Below are positions 8,604 through 16,408 of a stretch of DNA of 64,000 nt, piece by piece; the stretch's first letter is position 1, and each line of letters opens with the position of its first letter. The stretch is from a virus. The stretch is taken from IMG/VR virus record IMGVR_UViG_3300042398_001307, positions 24,250 to 88,249 of that record; one strand, given 5' to 3'. The notes under the pieces were generated by a model that saw nothing but the letters and a program-made list of their open reading frames with translations, did no database searches and was not told the origin of the DNA. The translations under genes and the position numbers were made by a program.

Positions 8604-8635
8604 TTGACCATCACTGCTTCTATATTTCTGAGTTA

Positions 8636-9247
8636 TTATTTCTTGTGTGGCATCCCGCCTTTTTTCCACCCTATAGTTTCATAATAAGTTAGTTCTTGTT
8701 TATCTATTCGCTTGGCAACAAACCCATTATTAATGAGAATTTTACCTATATTTGCTTCAGCAATTTTTTTACTATGGTCTAATGTCCTTGGATATGATGA
8801 TATTTTTTTCATATGCTCACGGTGAGCAGACGGGTTATGTTTAGACCAATGGTTTTTTGAAATATTGTTTCGTTTTCTATCAGTTGTAATTTGCTGTAAT
8901 GCAGCATTTCTTATTTTTTCTTTAGTTTCTGTTGAATGCCTTCTTCCACTAAATGCACCTATAATGCCAGGGTTCCCTCCAGAACCTCCCGGTTTTATAT
9001 TATATGTATTGGAAGTAGTTATAAATTCTTCGGTAACTATCTCCGCTTCTTTATCAAACATTTCTTGTTTAGAATTGAAAATAAACAAAATATCTTTTTT
9101 AAAATTTTCAATTCCGTATTTTTTTATGGCTCGTTTTAAATATTTTCCTGAACCCATGTATCCATCATTAATATCATCGGTGGAATGAGCTCCAATGTAT
9201 ATTTTTGAATCTATCAAATTAGTTGTTTTGTATATTATATAATACAT
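8636..9247 (-). CDS. free-standing GIY-YIG homing endonuclease (Seg-like)
   Basis: YIIYKTTN..KIYIGAH..GYMGSG; GRRHSTETKEKI. Confidence 0.9.
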   Translation of the reverse strand: MYYIIYKTTNLIDSKIYIGAHSTDDINDGYMGSGKYLKRAIKKYGIENFKKDILFIFNSKQEMFDKEAEIVTEEFITTSNTYNIKPGGSGGNPGIIGAFSGRRHSTETKEKIRNAALQQITTDRKRNNISKNHWSKHNPSAHREHMKKISSYPRTLDHSKKIAEANIGKILINNGFVAKRIDKQELTYYETIGWKKGGMPHKK

Positions 9248-9443
9248 TTAAATTCTCCTATATGTATTTATACAAAACCATCATGATACCATTTCATCAC
9301 CGGGCTAAAAAAATAAATTCCAGGATAGTTTAATCTCTATGAAGCCTCTATCTTCCTATTGAAAGTTATCTGGAACGGGCTAACTCACTCTTGTTTATTT
9401 TAATAGGTTAAGAGCTTAACCGCCACAAAGGGCTCCTATTGTT

Positions 9444-9533
9444 TGGCGGAAGCGGTGAGATTCGAACTCACGGAACCTTGCGGTTCGCCAGTTTTCAAGA
9501 CTGGTGCAATAGGCCATGCTCTGCCACACTTCC
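9444..9533 (-). tRNA. tRNA-Ser(TGA)
   Basis: Type II cloverleaf, CCA. Confidence 0.92.
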
Positions 9534-9570
9534 ATAATTTGAAGGCCGGTCTATGACCTGCCTTAATAAT

Positions 9571-9646
9571 TGGTACCCTGGGGGAGACTTGAACTCCCAA
9601 AACCTGGTTTCTAAGACCAGTACGTATGCCATTCCGTCACCAGGGC
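9571..9646 (-). tRNA. tRNA-Leu(TAG) with short variable loop
   Basis: CTGGT-CTTAGAA-ACCAG, Leu-type D loop, CCA. Confidence 0.88.
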
Positions 9647-9652
9647 AATATT

Positions 9653-9904
9653 CTATTTATCTGTTAAATTTACTGCTAATAATAAAAAAGTCATCATCTT
9701 TTCATCTTTCAATCCAATCCAGTATGGGCCAGTAGATTGGCTTGCTCTATAATGATTCCAAATACTGAAATCCATACCATATTTTTCTTTTAATGTATTT
9801 CTACATTCTTGTGCGCCTTTTGACCATGTGCTATTGAATCGTAATGCTACAACAAATCCTTTATGGTATAGATGATGTGTTTTATTCAGTTTAACAACTT
9901 TCAT
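9653..9904 (-). CDS. hypothetical protein
   Basis: Probable start MKVVKL. Confidence 0.55.
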   Translation of the reverse strand: MKVVKLNKTHHLYHKGFVVALRFNSTWSKGAQECRNTLKEKYGMDFSIWNHYRASQSTGPYWIGLKDEKMMTFLLLAVNLTDK

Positions 9905-9919
9905 ATTATTAAAATAATT

Positions 9920-9995
9920 TGGAGCTAATAATCGGGATCGAACCGATGACCTCCACTTTACCAAAGTGGTGCTCTACCTACTGAGCTATATCAGC
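9920..9995 (-). tRNA. tRNA-Thr(GGT)
   Basis: Cloverleaf, CCA. Confidence 0.92.
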
Positions 9996-10004
9996 TTTTT
10001 AAAT

Positions 10005-10079
10005 TGGCACCCTTGGAGGGAATCGAACCCCCATCATCTAGTTCGTAGCCAGGTATTCTATCCATTAAACTACAAGGGC
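10005..10079 (-). tRNA. tRNA-Arg(ACG)
   Basis: Cloverleaf, CCA. Confidence 0.92.
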
Positions 10080-10089
10080 TTTATTTTAT

Positions 10090-10202
10090 CAGGATCTGCT
10101 TTTTACGGTTTCCTACCACTAGAAGAACTCTTATAATTAAGAGTGTAGGATTCGAACCTACGTTCCCGGCCTGGAATGCTAATTGTATGCTGTATAGATC
10201 CT
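10090..10202 (-). ncRNA. scaffold RNA with permuted tRNA-like domain
   Basis: AGGATCT..CAGCA, ATTCCAG, T arm GTAGGTTCGAATCCTAC, closed acceptor ACTCTTA/TAAGAGT, D arm CTTCTAGTGGTAGGAA, AGATCCTG. Confidence 0.85.
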
Positions 10203-10211
10203 AAAATTGTT

Positions 10212-10484
10212 TTACTTCAGCTGTGATTTTTTAAACAAACGATCCAACTTAGTGTTGATATCTTTGCAGTATTGTTCAGCCAATAATGCAGCTTTCACTG
10301 CAGCATCAGTTTTAACATTTAATACAGTCACTGCTTTGTTGGTGTCAGCCAACTCAGAAACTAATGTTTTCTGGTTTGATTCGATCACATCGATTTCACT
10401 TTGTAATTTAGCAATATCAGAATTAGTAGCACATCCAGATAAACCAATCAATGCGACTACTGATAACATAACTAATTTTCTCAT
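10212..10484 (-). CDS. Lpp/OprI-like outer-membrane lipoprotein
   Basis: Lipobox LSGC, heptad coiled coil, KLDRLFKKSQLK C-terminus. Confidence 0.8.
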   Translation of the reverse strand: MRKLVMLSVVALIGLSGCATNSDIAKLQSEIDVIESNQKTLVSELADTNKAVTVLNVKTDAAVKAALLAEQYCKDINTKLDRLFKKSQLK

Positions 10485-10513
10485 TTTACACCTTTGTTAA
10501 GTTAAAAAAAATA

Positions 10514-10604
10514 CAGGATGATATATTTTGGCGGAGCCGAGGGATTCGAACCCCCTATAGATACCTACTTATCGGCTTCGGGATTACAGTGCTGTAATCA
10601 TCCT
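10514..10604 (-). ncRNA. scaffold RNA enclosing an acceptor/T-arm minihelix with internal GCCA
   Basis: AGGATGA..CAGCA..GAAGCCG..GGGGTTCGAATCCCT-CGGCTCC-GCCA..TCATCCTG. Confidence 0.8.
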
Positions 10605-10615
10605 ATGTTAAACAA

Positions 10616-11029
10616 TTAAGATAATCGTTCTTTTTCTGATTCCATAAAGCGTGTTCGTTTTACAAGTGATAAAACGAATTCTGACTCAGCGATTGATTTG
10701 GAATCAAGATCAATTCGCAAGTTCAAGAAATACGAAACATCGTTGTGAGTTAGTTTGATTGAGTTGAAATCAGTAACTTCACCAGTAAATGATGATGGTA
10801 CTTTGATAACAATGTCTAACAGTCTTTCAAAATGTTTATCCGCATCAATGAAATACTGTTCAACGAATGATTTCAAATGATGTGGTGTATTTCTCATGGT
10901 ATCGGTTTTATAATTTCTGTAAGAACCAACCGAAACTTTTACCGCTTCAATAAGGTCAGTACCAGTGTATCTAGGATACTCAGGGATTAAGTTGTAAGGG
11001 GTTTTTACTTCTTGTTCAATTACTAGCAT
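10616..11029 (-). CDS. hypothetical protein
   Basis: Probable start MLVIEQ. Confidence 0.55.
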   Translation of the reverse strand: MLVIEQEVKTPYNLIPEYPRYTGTDLIEAVKVSVGSYRNYKTDTMRNTPHHLKSFVEQYFIDADKHFERLLDIVIKVPSSFTGEVTDFNSIKLTHNDVSYFLNLRIDLDSKSIAESEFVLSLVKRTRFMESEKERLS

Positions 11030-11057
11030 TATATCATTCCGATAATAGTTAAAAAAT

Positions 11058-11131
11058 TGGCAGGGATACAAGAACTCGAATCTTGAATGCCAGAATCAAA
11101 ATCTGGTGTGTTACCATTACACTATATCCCA
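11058..11131 (-). tRNA. tRNA-Gln(TTG)
   Basis: Cloverleaf, CCA. Confidence 0.9.
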
Positions 11132-11141
11132 ATTGTTATTA

Positions 11142-11260
11142 CAGGTTAGCATTTTAAGTTTTCCCAATTAAACTACATTAAGTGACCAACCCTAACGCTG
11201 GGATTCGAACCCAGAACTTTCTTTTACAATAAGATTTAATAAAATTGCTGAAACTAACCT
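11142..11260 (-). ncRNA. scaffold RNA with permuted tRNA-like domain
   Basis: AGGTTAG..CAGCAA, TCTT-ATTGTAA-AAGA, T arm CTGGGTTCGAATCCCAG, closed acceptor, D arm TAGTTTAATTGGGAAAAC, CTAACCTG. Confidence 0.85.
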
Positions 11261-11298
11261 ATTGGTCTTATTCGCTGGTGACTAACCTCGAATGTTCT

Positions 11299-11556
11299 TT
11301 AAATTATTTCTATAAAGTCTTCTATCATACTTTTTGCTTTCTTGTATGATTTTTCATTCCACAATATGTCAGAATTATTTGGCATATGTCCAGGATTTCC
11401 ACCTAAATGACTATTACGTATCAAGTACTCTTCTGCTTCTCGGAAGTAATTTAAAAATGCTTGTCCATACCTATATGTTGGGTATTTTACCAACATCCAA
11501 GTATAATGAGCGTTAAATTCTTCATACTGCTGTGTTGTTATTGAGAATTCAGTCAT
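11299..11556 (-). CDS. hypothetical protein
   Basis: 85 aa ORF with YRYGQAFLNYF motif. Confidence 0.6.
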   Translation of the reverse strand: MTEFSITTQQYEEFNAHYTWMLVKYPTYRYGQAFLNYFREAEEYLIRNSHLGGNPGHMPNNSDILWNEKSYKKAKSMIEDFIEII

Positions 11557-11577
11557 ATTATAGTTAAGTTAAGATTA

Positions 11578-11641
11578 CAGGATACACATTTTTACGGGTT
11601 TGATTAGCAGTCAAATGTATTATTGTTGCTGTAGGTATCCT
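11578..11641 (-). ncRNA. scaffold RNA with anticodon stem-loop (GCT, Ser)
   Basis: AGGATAC..CAGCAA..TTTGA-CTGCTAA-TCAAA..GTATCCTG. Confidence 0.85.
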
Positions 11642-11660
11642 AAAACCGTTTATGCTATGT

Positions 11661-11688
11661 ATTATACAGCATTTTAAAACATTGTCAA
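11661..11688 (-). promoter_or_regulatory. sigma70-type promoter
   Basis: TTGACA-16-TATAAT directly upstream of a scaffold RNA. Confidence 0.75.
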
Positions 11689-11697
11689 TATTTATTT

Positions 11698-11772
11698 TGG
11701 AGCGGGTAATGAGATTCGAACTCACGACATTCAGGTTGGCAACTTGAAGCTCTACCACTGAGCTATACCCGC
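11698..11772 (-). tRNA. tRNA-Gly(GCC)
   Basis: Cloverleaf, CCA. Confidence 0.92.
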
Positions 11773-11779
11773 TTAAAAT

Positions 11780-11854
11780 TGGCGGACTGTACGGAATTCG
11801 AATCCGTGATACCACCGTGACAGGGTGGCGTGATAACCGCTTCACTAACAGTCC
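11780..11854 (-). tRNA. tRNA-Asp(GTC)
   Basis: Cloverleaf, CCA. Confidence 0.92.
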
Positions 11855-11976
11855 AAAATTGTTGAGTATCTAACATCATACAATACTCGGGAGACCTCTA
11901 CCAGCCTCGTTTTTATTACTGCGCCTATCCGAAGATAGTGTTTCAAATGATATTAAGGTTGCCCAGCTCTAGAGTT

Positions 11977-12055
11977 TGGAGCTCCGAGACGGATTCGAAC
12001 CGCCGATTTTTACTGATTTGCAGTCAGTCCCATTAAGCCACTTTGGTATCGGAGC
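11977..12055 (-). tRNA. tRNA-Cys(GCA)
   Basis: Cloverleaf, U73, CCA. Confidence 0.9.
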
Positions 12056-12062
12056 AAAAACT

Positions 12063-12509
12063 TTATAATAATTTTAAATGACCACTTATTGGGTCAATAT
12101 TTTCTGGATAATCTGGACCGAGTGCTAAACAAGTTTTTGTTGGCACTCCATTAAATTCAGTCAATCCAGCATCAGTTATTAATTTAACATTTACGTTATT
12201 ATCTAATGCTTTTTGATAAATGTCAAGCAATTCTTCTTCACTGTCAACTGAAACACAAACTTTGGTAAATCTACCTTCTAACCATTCTTTAAGAGGCTGT
12301 TTATTTAATTGGATTACAGCACAATTTCCTACCTGAGATTCATAATTGTGATAACCATCGTTATAATCGATAGATGCATCCAAATATATCTCGCTGTAGT
12401 TAAGAATAGCGCCTAATGATGCGTGACTTGCTTGAGCGGCAATTTTGCCTTTTCTCATGTTAAGGTCTTTTCTAACTACAATTACTTGTTTTGGTTCATT
12501 ATTAGCCAT
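12063..12509 (-). CDS. pth2: peptidyl-tRNA hydrolase, Pth2 (archaeal/eukaryotic) type
   Basis: KQVIVVRKDLNMRKGKIAAQASHA, ITDAGLTEF, TCLALGP. Confidence 0.92.
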   Translation of the reverse strand: MANNEPKQVIVVRKDLNMRKGKIAAQASHASLGAILNYSEIYLDASIDYNDGYHNYESQVGNCAVIQLNKQPLKEWLEGRFTKVCVSVDSEEELLDIYQKALDNNVNVKLITDAGLTEFNGVPTKTCLALGPDYPENIDPISGHLKLL

Positions 12510-12524
12510 ATTTTTCCTAAATGT

Positions 12525-12598
12525 TGGTACCCAGTAGTGGTATCGATCCACTGTTTTGGTCTTATCAGGACCACGTTCTACCTTTGAACTAACCGGGT
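12525..12598 (-). tRNA. tRNA-Ile(GAT)
   Basis: Cloverleaf, variant T loop, CCA. Confidence 0.88.
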
Positions 12599-12771
12599 AT
12601 AATTCTATTTAAACGGAGTTTTTTCACAAGCTAGTGCATGTAGATATGCATATCTTCTAGCTTCATAAGTCAATGTTGCTTCGTTTAATTGTTGTTGTAA
12701 TTTTAGCATATCTTTCTCTGCACTGTCAAGATATCTTTTAGCAATATCTGATGTTCTTTTACCTGCCATAC

Positions 12772-13146
12772 TTACCTCGCAAATCTTTTAGATTTTAACA
12801 ATGACGATAATTCTTTTTCAAATGAAAAAGGTTTATTATCTTCTGGTCTATCGTAAATATAATCTGGAACAATAATTCCAATACAAGTTAGAGCATTGTC
12901 TAAACTAGGTTCATTAAAAGTTGCCCAAGGCAAGTTATTCGAAGAATGTTTAAATAACCACAATAAACCATGCATTTGTTCACTAGTACCGCCATTCAAC
13001 ACATACATTGTTTTATGGGTCTCTGCCCAGTCTGTCAGTATTTCATTACCAGGGAAATTATTGTTGATTTCCTGTAAGCAATGTGCAGCTTGAATTCCAT
13101 GTTGTATGGAACTTAGGTACATATTTGTTAAAAAGTATCCTCTCAT
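12772..13146 (-). CDS. divergent Pth2-fold-like protein
   Basis: LSSIQHGIQAAHC...KTMYVLNGG...FNEPSLDNALTCI pattern. Confidence 0.55.
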   Translation of the reverse strand: MRGYFLTNMYLSSIQHGIQAAHCLQEINNNFPGNEILTDWAETHKTMYVLNGGTSEQMHGLLWLFKHSSNNLPWATFNEPSLDNALTCIGIIVPDYIYDRPEDNKPFSFEKELSSLLKSKRFAR

Positions 13147-13163
13147 ATATTCCTCTGTGTGTT

Positions 13164-13238
13164 TGGAGGTAACGGGTAGATTTGAACTACCGACCAACTC
13201 CGTATGAAGGAGCTGCACTACCACTGTGCTACGTTACC
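13164..13238 (-). tRNA. tRNA with CAT anticodon (elongator Met or Ile2)
   Basis: Cloverleaf, CTCC-TTCATAC-GGAG, CCA. Confidence 0.88.
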
Positions 13239-13257
13239 ATTATATAAACTAATTAGG

Positions 13258-13331
13258 GGTGACCGATGGGACTTGAACCCATAAAAACCTGAATCACAAT
13301 CAGGATCGTCTACCAATTCCGACACGGCCAC
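13258..13331 (-). tRNA. tRNA-His(GTG), no encoded G-1 or CCA
   Basis: CCTGA-TTGTGAT-TCAGG, C73; flanked by ACTAATTAGG/CCTAATTAGT. Confidence 0.85.
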
Positions 13332-13584
13332 ACCTAATTAGTCTAATTTTATATTAAAATGCATTAAACGAGGGAACACGAATGCTATACATTCTCCTGT
13401 CTCCGGCCCTCAAGCTTAACATCCTTCTGGCCAGTGATGTCAAGGTGACTGATTAATGCACTTTAATATAAAATCATATAATAAAGCATACTACACGGAA
13501 TTGAACCGTCTTCATTCAAGCCAGGAGCTCAAACTGTGATCCACACAACGCTGATCAGACGCTAATATGCTTTATTATATGATT

Positions 13585-13660
13585 TGGTAGGACCGCCGAG
13601 ACTCGAACTCGAATTCCCGGATTAAAAGTCCGGTGTTCTAACCAATTGAACTACGATCCC
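13585..13660 (-). tRNA. tRNA-Lys(TTT)
   Basis: Cloverleaf, CCA. Confidence 0.92.
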
Positions 13661-13726
13661 AAATTTTCTTGCCTTCTTTTTCTGTTTTTGTCTTTCGTTT
13701 CATAATTATTTCCTATGTTGTTATAG

Positions 13727-13788
13727 CAGGATACGTTTTTACTAGTTGAATTAAAAGTTCAGTGTAAATTGTTTGCTGAATGTATCCT
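13727..13788 (-). ncRNA. scaffold RNA with anticodon stem-loop (TTT, Lys)
   Basis: AGGATAC..CAGCAA..TGAA-CTTTTAA-TTCA..GTATCCTG. Confidence 0.85.
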
Positions 13789-13807
13789 AAAACTGTTTAT
13801 GCTGTTA

Positions 13808-13835
13808 ATTATACAGCATTTTTATACGTTGTCAA
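13808..13835 (-). promoter_or_regulatory. sigma70-type promoter
   Basis: TTGACA-16-TATAAT directly upstream of a scaffold RNA. Confidence 0.75.
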
Positions 13836-14148
13836 TTATTTTATCTGGATATTGTGCATCACGGCGTTCAATTTCAGCATATGGACTGTATCCAGGCTGT
13901 AATTCCGTGATATTAGTAAATCCATTGGTTTCTGTAATCAAACTATCATTAGAATCGATAGAACCACGATATTTACTACCATAACTACCTTCTAATTTAC
14001 CAGTACTCGGATTAAGATCACCCCATTTAGTGTGATTACCACCGATAACTTCAATATAGTAAGTTTTACCAGTTCTGTATGAATAAACAACATGTCTACC
14101 GGTATCTTCAGTTTTTGTAAAAAATTTCTTTCGGGTTTCTTCGTCCAT
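13822..14148 (-). CDS. hypothetical protein
   Basis: 108 aa ORF with AAGGA RBS; WGDLNPSTGK motif. Confidence 0.7.
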   Translation of the reverse strand: MDEETRKKFFTKTEDTGRHVVYSYRTGKTYYIEVIGGNHTKWGDLNPSTGKLEGSYGSKYRGSIDSNDSLITETNGFTNITELQPGYSPYAEIERRDAQYPDKIIDNV

Positions 14149-14166
14149 AATAGTTTCCTTTGTGTT

Positions 14167-14240
14167 TGGTGCCTCCTGATAGAATCGAACTACCGCAACC
14201 AGTGTGTAAGACTAGTGTTCTCCCATTAAACTAAGGAGGC
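14167..14240 (-). tRNA. tRNA-Val(TAC)
   Basis: Cloverleaf, CCA. Confidence 0.92.
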
Positions 14241-14246
14241 TAAAAT

Positions 14247-14415
14247 TGGTGCTTTCTTATTCCCGGCTATCACAGAGGTTGCCACTTGTACTTCATGGTT
14301 CTCAACTTGCAGGTTCTGGCGGAACAGAATTCTCGTATTGCCAACGTGCTTTTGGTTCAAAGCATACCACCCGTGTGTATCACCACACTTCTTATCCTCT
14401 GGGTCAGAGTATCCG
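14247..14415 (-). ncRNA. candidate structured RNA ending in ACCA
   Basis: GC-richer ORF-free segment with several hairpins inside CAGAGG/CCTCTG. Confidence 0.5.
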
Positions 14416-14419
14416 TTGA

Positions 14420-14698
14420 TTAGACAGATCGTTCTTCAAGTACTTGTTGTTCCCATTTGCTTTTTAAATAGATTTTTTTACCATGCAACCAATATTCTTC
14501 TTCTGTGAAATTAGTAATAACAGCAGGGCCGTGTTCATTATGATATTTCCCATTTTGACAATAACAAGTTCTGCGGCCATCATATCTAATAATTGCTGGG
14601 CCATCTGTATTATGCGATACCCCATTCTTCATAAAAACTACTGTTGTATCAGATACGCTAATAGTGAGTTCAGGATTTTCTGGGTTAATATATTTCAT
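14420..14698 (-). CDS. HxxxGPA-repeat (MORN-like) protein
   Basis: HNTDGPAI and HNEHGPAV repeats. Confidence 0.65.
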   Translation of the reverse strand: MKYINPENPELTISVSDTTVVFMKNGVSHNTDGPAIIRYDGRRTCYCQNGKYHNEHGPAVITNFTEEEYWLHGKKIYLKSKWEQQVLEERSV

Positions 14699-14723
14699 AA
14701 TTACCAAATTGTAAAGTTAAAAT

Positions 14724-14799
14724 TGGTGCTACCGACTGGGATCGAACCAGTATAGCTGGATTTTCAGTCCAATGCATGAACCATCACTGCCACAGTAGC
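14724..14799 (-). tRNA. tRNA-Phe(GAA)
   Basis: Cloverleaf, CCA. Confidence 0.9.
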
Positions 14800-14807
14800 A
14801 AAATTAT

Positions 14808-14862
14808 CAGGATACGCTTTTTCATTTTTCAAGAATGTTTTTTTAATTGCTGCATGTATCCT
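14808..14862 (-). ncRNA. scaffold RNA with anticodon stem-loop (TGA, Ser)
   Basis: AGGATAC..CAGCAA..CATT-CTTGAAA-AATG..GTATCCTG. Confidence 0.85.
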
Positions 14863-14885
14863 AAAACTGTGTAAATTATAACGTA

Positions 14886-15416
14886 TTATTTGAACATTTG
14901 CAAGATATTTTTCATAGCATCTGTATTACTATCCCATGTTTGTCCGCCAAATCGTCCGTATTCTATACGGTTATCAACAGACCATTTATTATAATAATCG
15001 GACAATTCACCATTGCATTCCAATAGTTCATCACCGTAATTAATTATCATTACATTAGGATTCATGCAATCACGAATTGAATAAACCTTCTCAAACGCTT
15101 CTTTAATACACATGCCATGTTGTATTAGTACTAGAATAGCAGTTGCTGTACTTCTACTAACACCAGCATGACAATGAATTAAAACTTTATCAGTATCAGT
15201 AAATGTTTTACTGAATTCTAAAATATTTTCAATATTTTGTAAAGTAGGATGTTGATATCCTTCTAATGGTACTTCAATATCATAAAATCTTTCTATATGA
15301 TGTGGAACATCACATTCAAATACAGGTGTAGTTGGATCAACAATGCTAATGACTTTAGTATGGGTTGGTGCCCATAAACTTGCTTCGTACAATCCTGATA
15401 TAGTTATATCTAACAT
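14886..15416 (-). CDS. dual-specificity/tyrosine phosphatase-family protein
   Basis: HCHAGVSRS (CX5R) motif. Confidence 0.85.
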   Translation of the reverse strand: MLDITISGLYEASLWAPTHTKVISIVDPTTPVFECDVPHHIERFYDIEVPLEGYQHPTLQNIENILEFSKTFTDTDKVLIHCHAGVSRSTATAILVLIQHGMCIKEAFEKVYSIRDCMNPNVMIINYGDELLECNGELSDYYNKWSVDNRIEYGRFGGQTWDSNTDAMKNILQMFK

Positions 15417-15432
15417 TTTTTACCTCAAAAAT

Positions 15433-15484
15433 TGGCGGGGCATAAATTGCTGTTAAAATCCTTGACAGGATTTATTTTGGCCCC
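15433..15484 (-). ncRNA. inside-out scaffold RNA with acceptor-like stem and 3' CCA
   Basis: GGGGC..AAATCCT-GTCA-AGGATTT-taaCAGCAA..GCCCC-GCCA. Confidence 0.7.
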
Positions 15485-15492
15485 ATTATATT

Positions 15493-15567
15493 TGGCATTC
15501 CCTACGGGATTCGAACCCGTGACGACACCGTGAAAGGGTGTTGAGATAACCGCTTCTCCAAGGGAAT
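15493..15567 (-). tRNA. tRNA-Glu(TTC)
   Basis: Cloverleaf, CCA. Confidence 0.92.
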
Positions 15568-15689
15568 AAAACTTTTATATAGAAACACACTCGTTTCTGA
15601 GCTTTCGGTATGTATGCCTACACTTTCGGATAGCCCCTGCGTCCAGTTGCTCAGTATCCCATTAACCGTGAATGTGTTTTTATATAAAT

Positions 15690-15768
15690 TGGTCTCCGTG
15701 GTAGGATTTGAACCTACGAATCCTCTCGATCCCAAATCGAGCGCTCTACCAAACTGAGCTACACGGAG
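15690..15768 (-). tRNA. tRNA-Pro(TGG)
   Basis: Cloverleaf, CCA. Confidence 0.92.
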
Positions 15769-15781
15769 ATAATTAAAAAAT

Positions 15782-15864
15782 TGGTGGAGAAGGTAGGAAT
15801 CGAACCTACTTGTCAGAGACGGGCGGGTTACAGCCGCTTGCCCTACCATTAGAGCATCTTCTCC
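15782..15864 (-). tRNA. tRNA-Tyr(GTA)
   Basis: Type II cloverleaf, CCA. Confidence 0.92.
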
Positions 15865-16102
15865 ATAATTTATAACACTCTCCCACTATGTGTTTTAGAC
15901 GGTTCGTATCCGAATAAAGAGTGTATATTAAAACATACTCACTTTAACTTGTCAAGAACCGTAATTCTTAATGCTGATCTAATATGTTTTAATATTTGCT
16001 AAGACATCCTTAGCTTGTCTATTGAAATTATCTCCAGAACCCCCTGCTTTCCGAAACTTTTTAAGTGTTTTCAGTGCCAGGTGCACCATTCACTGTGTAG
16101 AT

Positions 16103-16131
16103 ATTATAATCTGTGTTACTGTGTCTGTCAA
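16103..16131 (-). promoter_or_regulatory. sigma70-type promoter at the head of the tRNA array
   Basis: TTGACA-17-TATAAT. Confidence 0.8.
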
Positions 16132-16156
16132 CTACTTTTTTAAGGAGTCTAAAACT

Positions 16157-16195
16157 AAAAAACCCTGAGAGTTTTCACTTTCAGGGTTCTTTGAA
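16157..16195 (-). terminator. intrinsic terminator overlapping an antiterminator (attenuator)
   Basis: AACCCTGA..TCAGGGTT-TTTT; the 5' arm can alternatively pair with 16224-16236. Confidence 0.8.
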
Positions 16196-16216
16196 AAATT
16201 AACTTATAATATTAAA

Positions 16217-16357
16217 TTATGTCTTCAAAGAACCCTCTCGATACTCCGGTGTGCGATCATTATTAATTAAACTAAATACACACCATACAGACGCAATCGA
16301 GCCGCCTTTTAAGGTTGATTGTAGTTTAAATTGTTGATGTAATGATTGCATATCCAT
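16217..16357 (-). CDS. putative attenuator leader peptide (46 aa, contains all 20 amino acids)
   Basis: MDMQSLHQQFKLQSTLKGGSIASVWCVFSLINNDRTPEYREGSLKT; AAAGGA upstream; last codons form the antiterminator strand. Confidence 0.65.
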   Translation of the reverse strand: MDMQSLHQQFKLQSTLKGGSIASVWCVFSLINNDRTPEYREGSLKT

Positions 16358-16408
16358 TTGTATCAATTTTCCTTTTATTCAATCAGTTGACCCCAACTGA
16401 TGTGATAT

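Noticed and set aside
9318-9440. CAGGATAG start resembling a scaffold copy
   Set aside because: No CAGCA motif or matching closing strand; only a TTCCAG/CTGGAA stem
11564-11845. 93 aa ORF
   Set aside because: Overlaps tRNA-Gly, tRNA-Asp and a scaffold RNA
15574-15688. Hammerhead ribozyme in the inverted-repeat insert
   Set aside because: CTGAGCA..GAAAC does not match the CUGANGA core and the three stems are not evident
15502-15849. 115 aa ORF
   Set aside because: Overlaps three tRNAs
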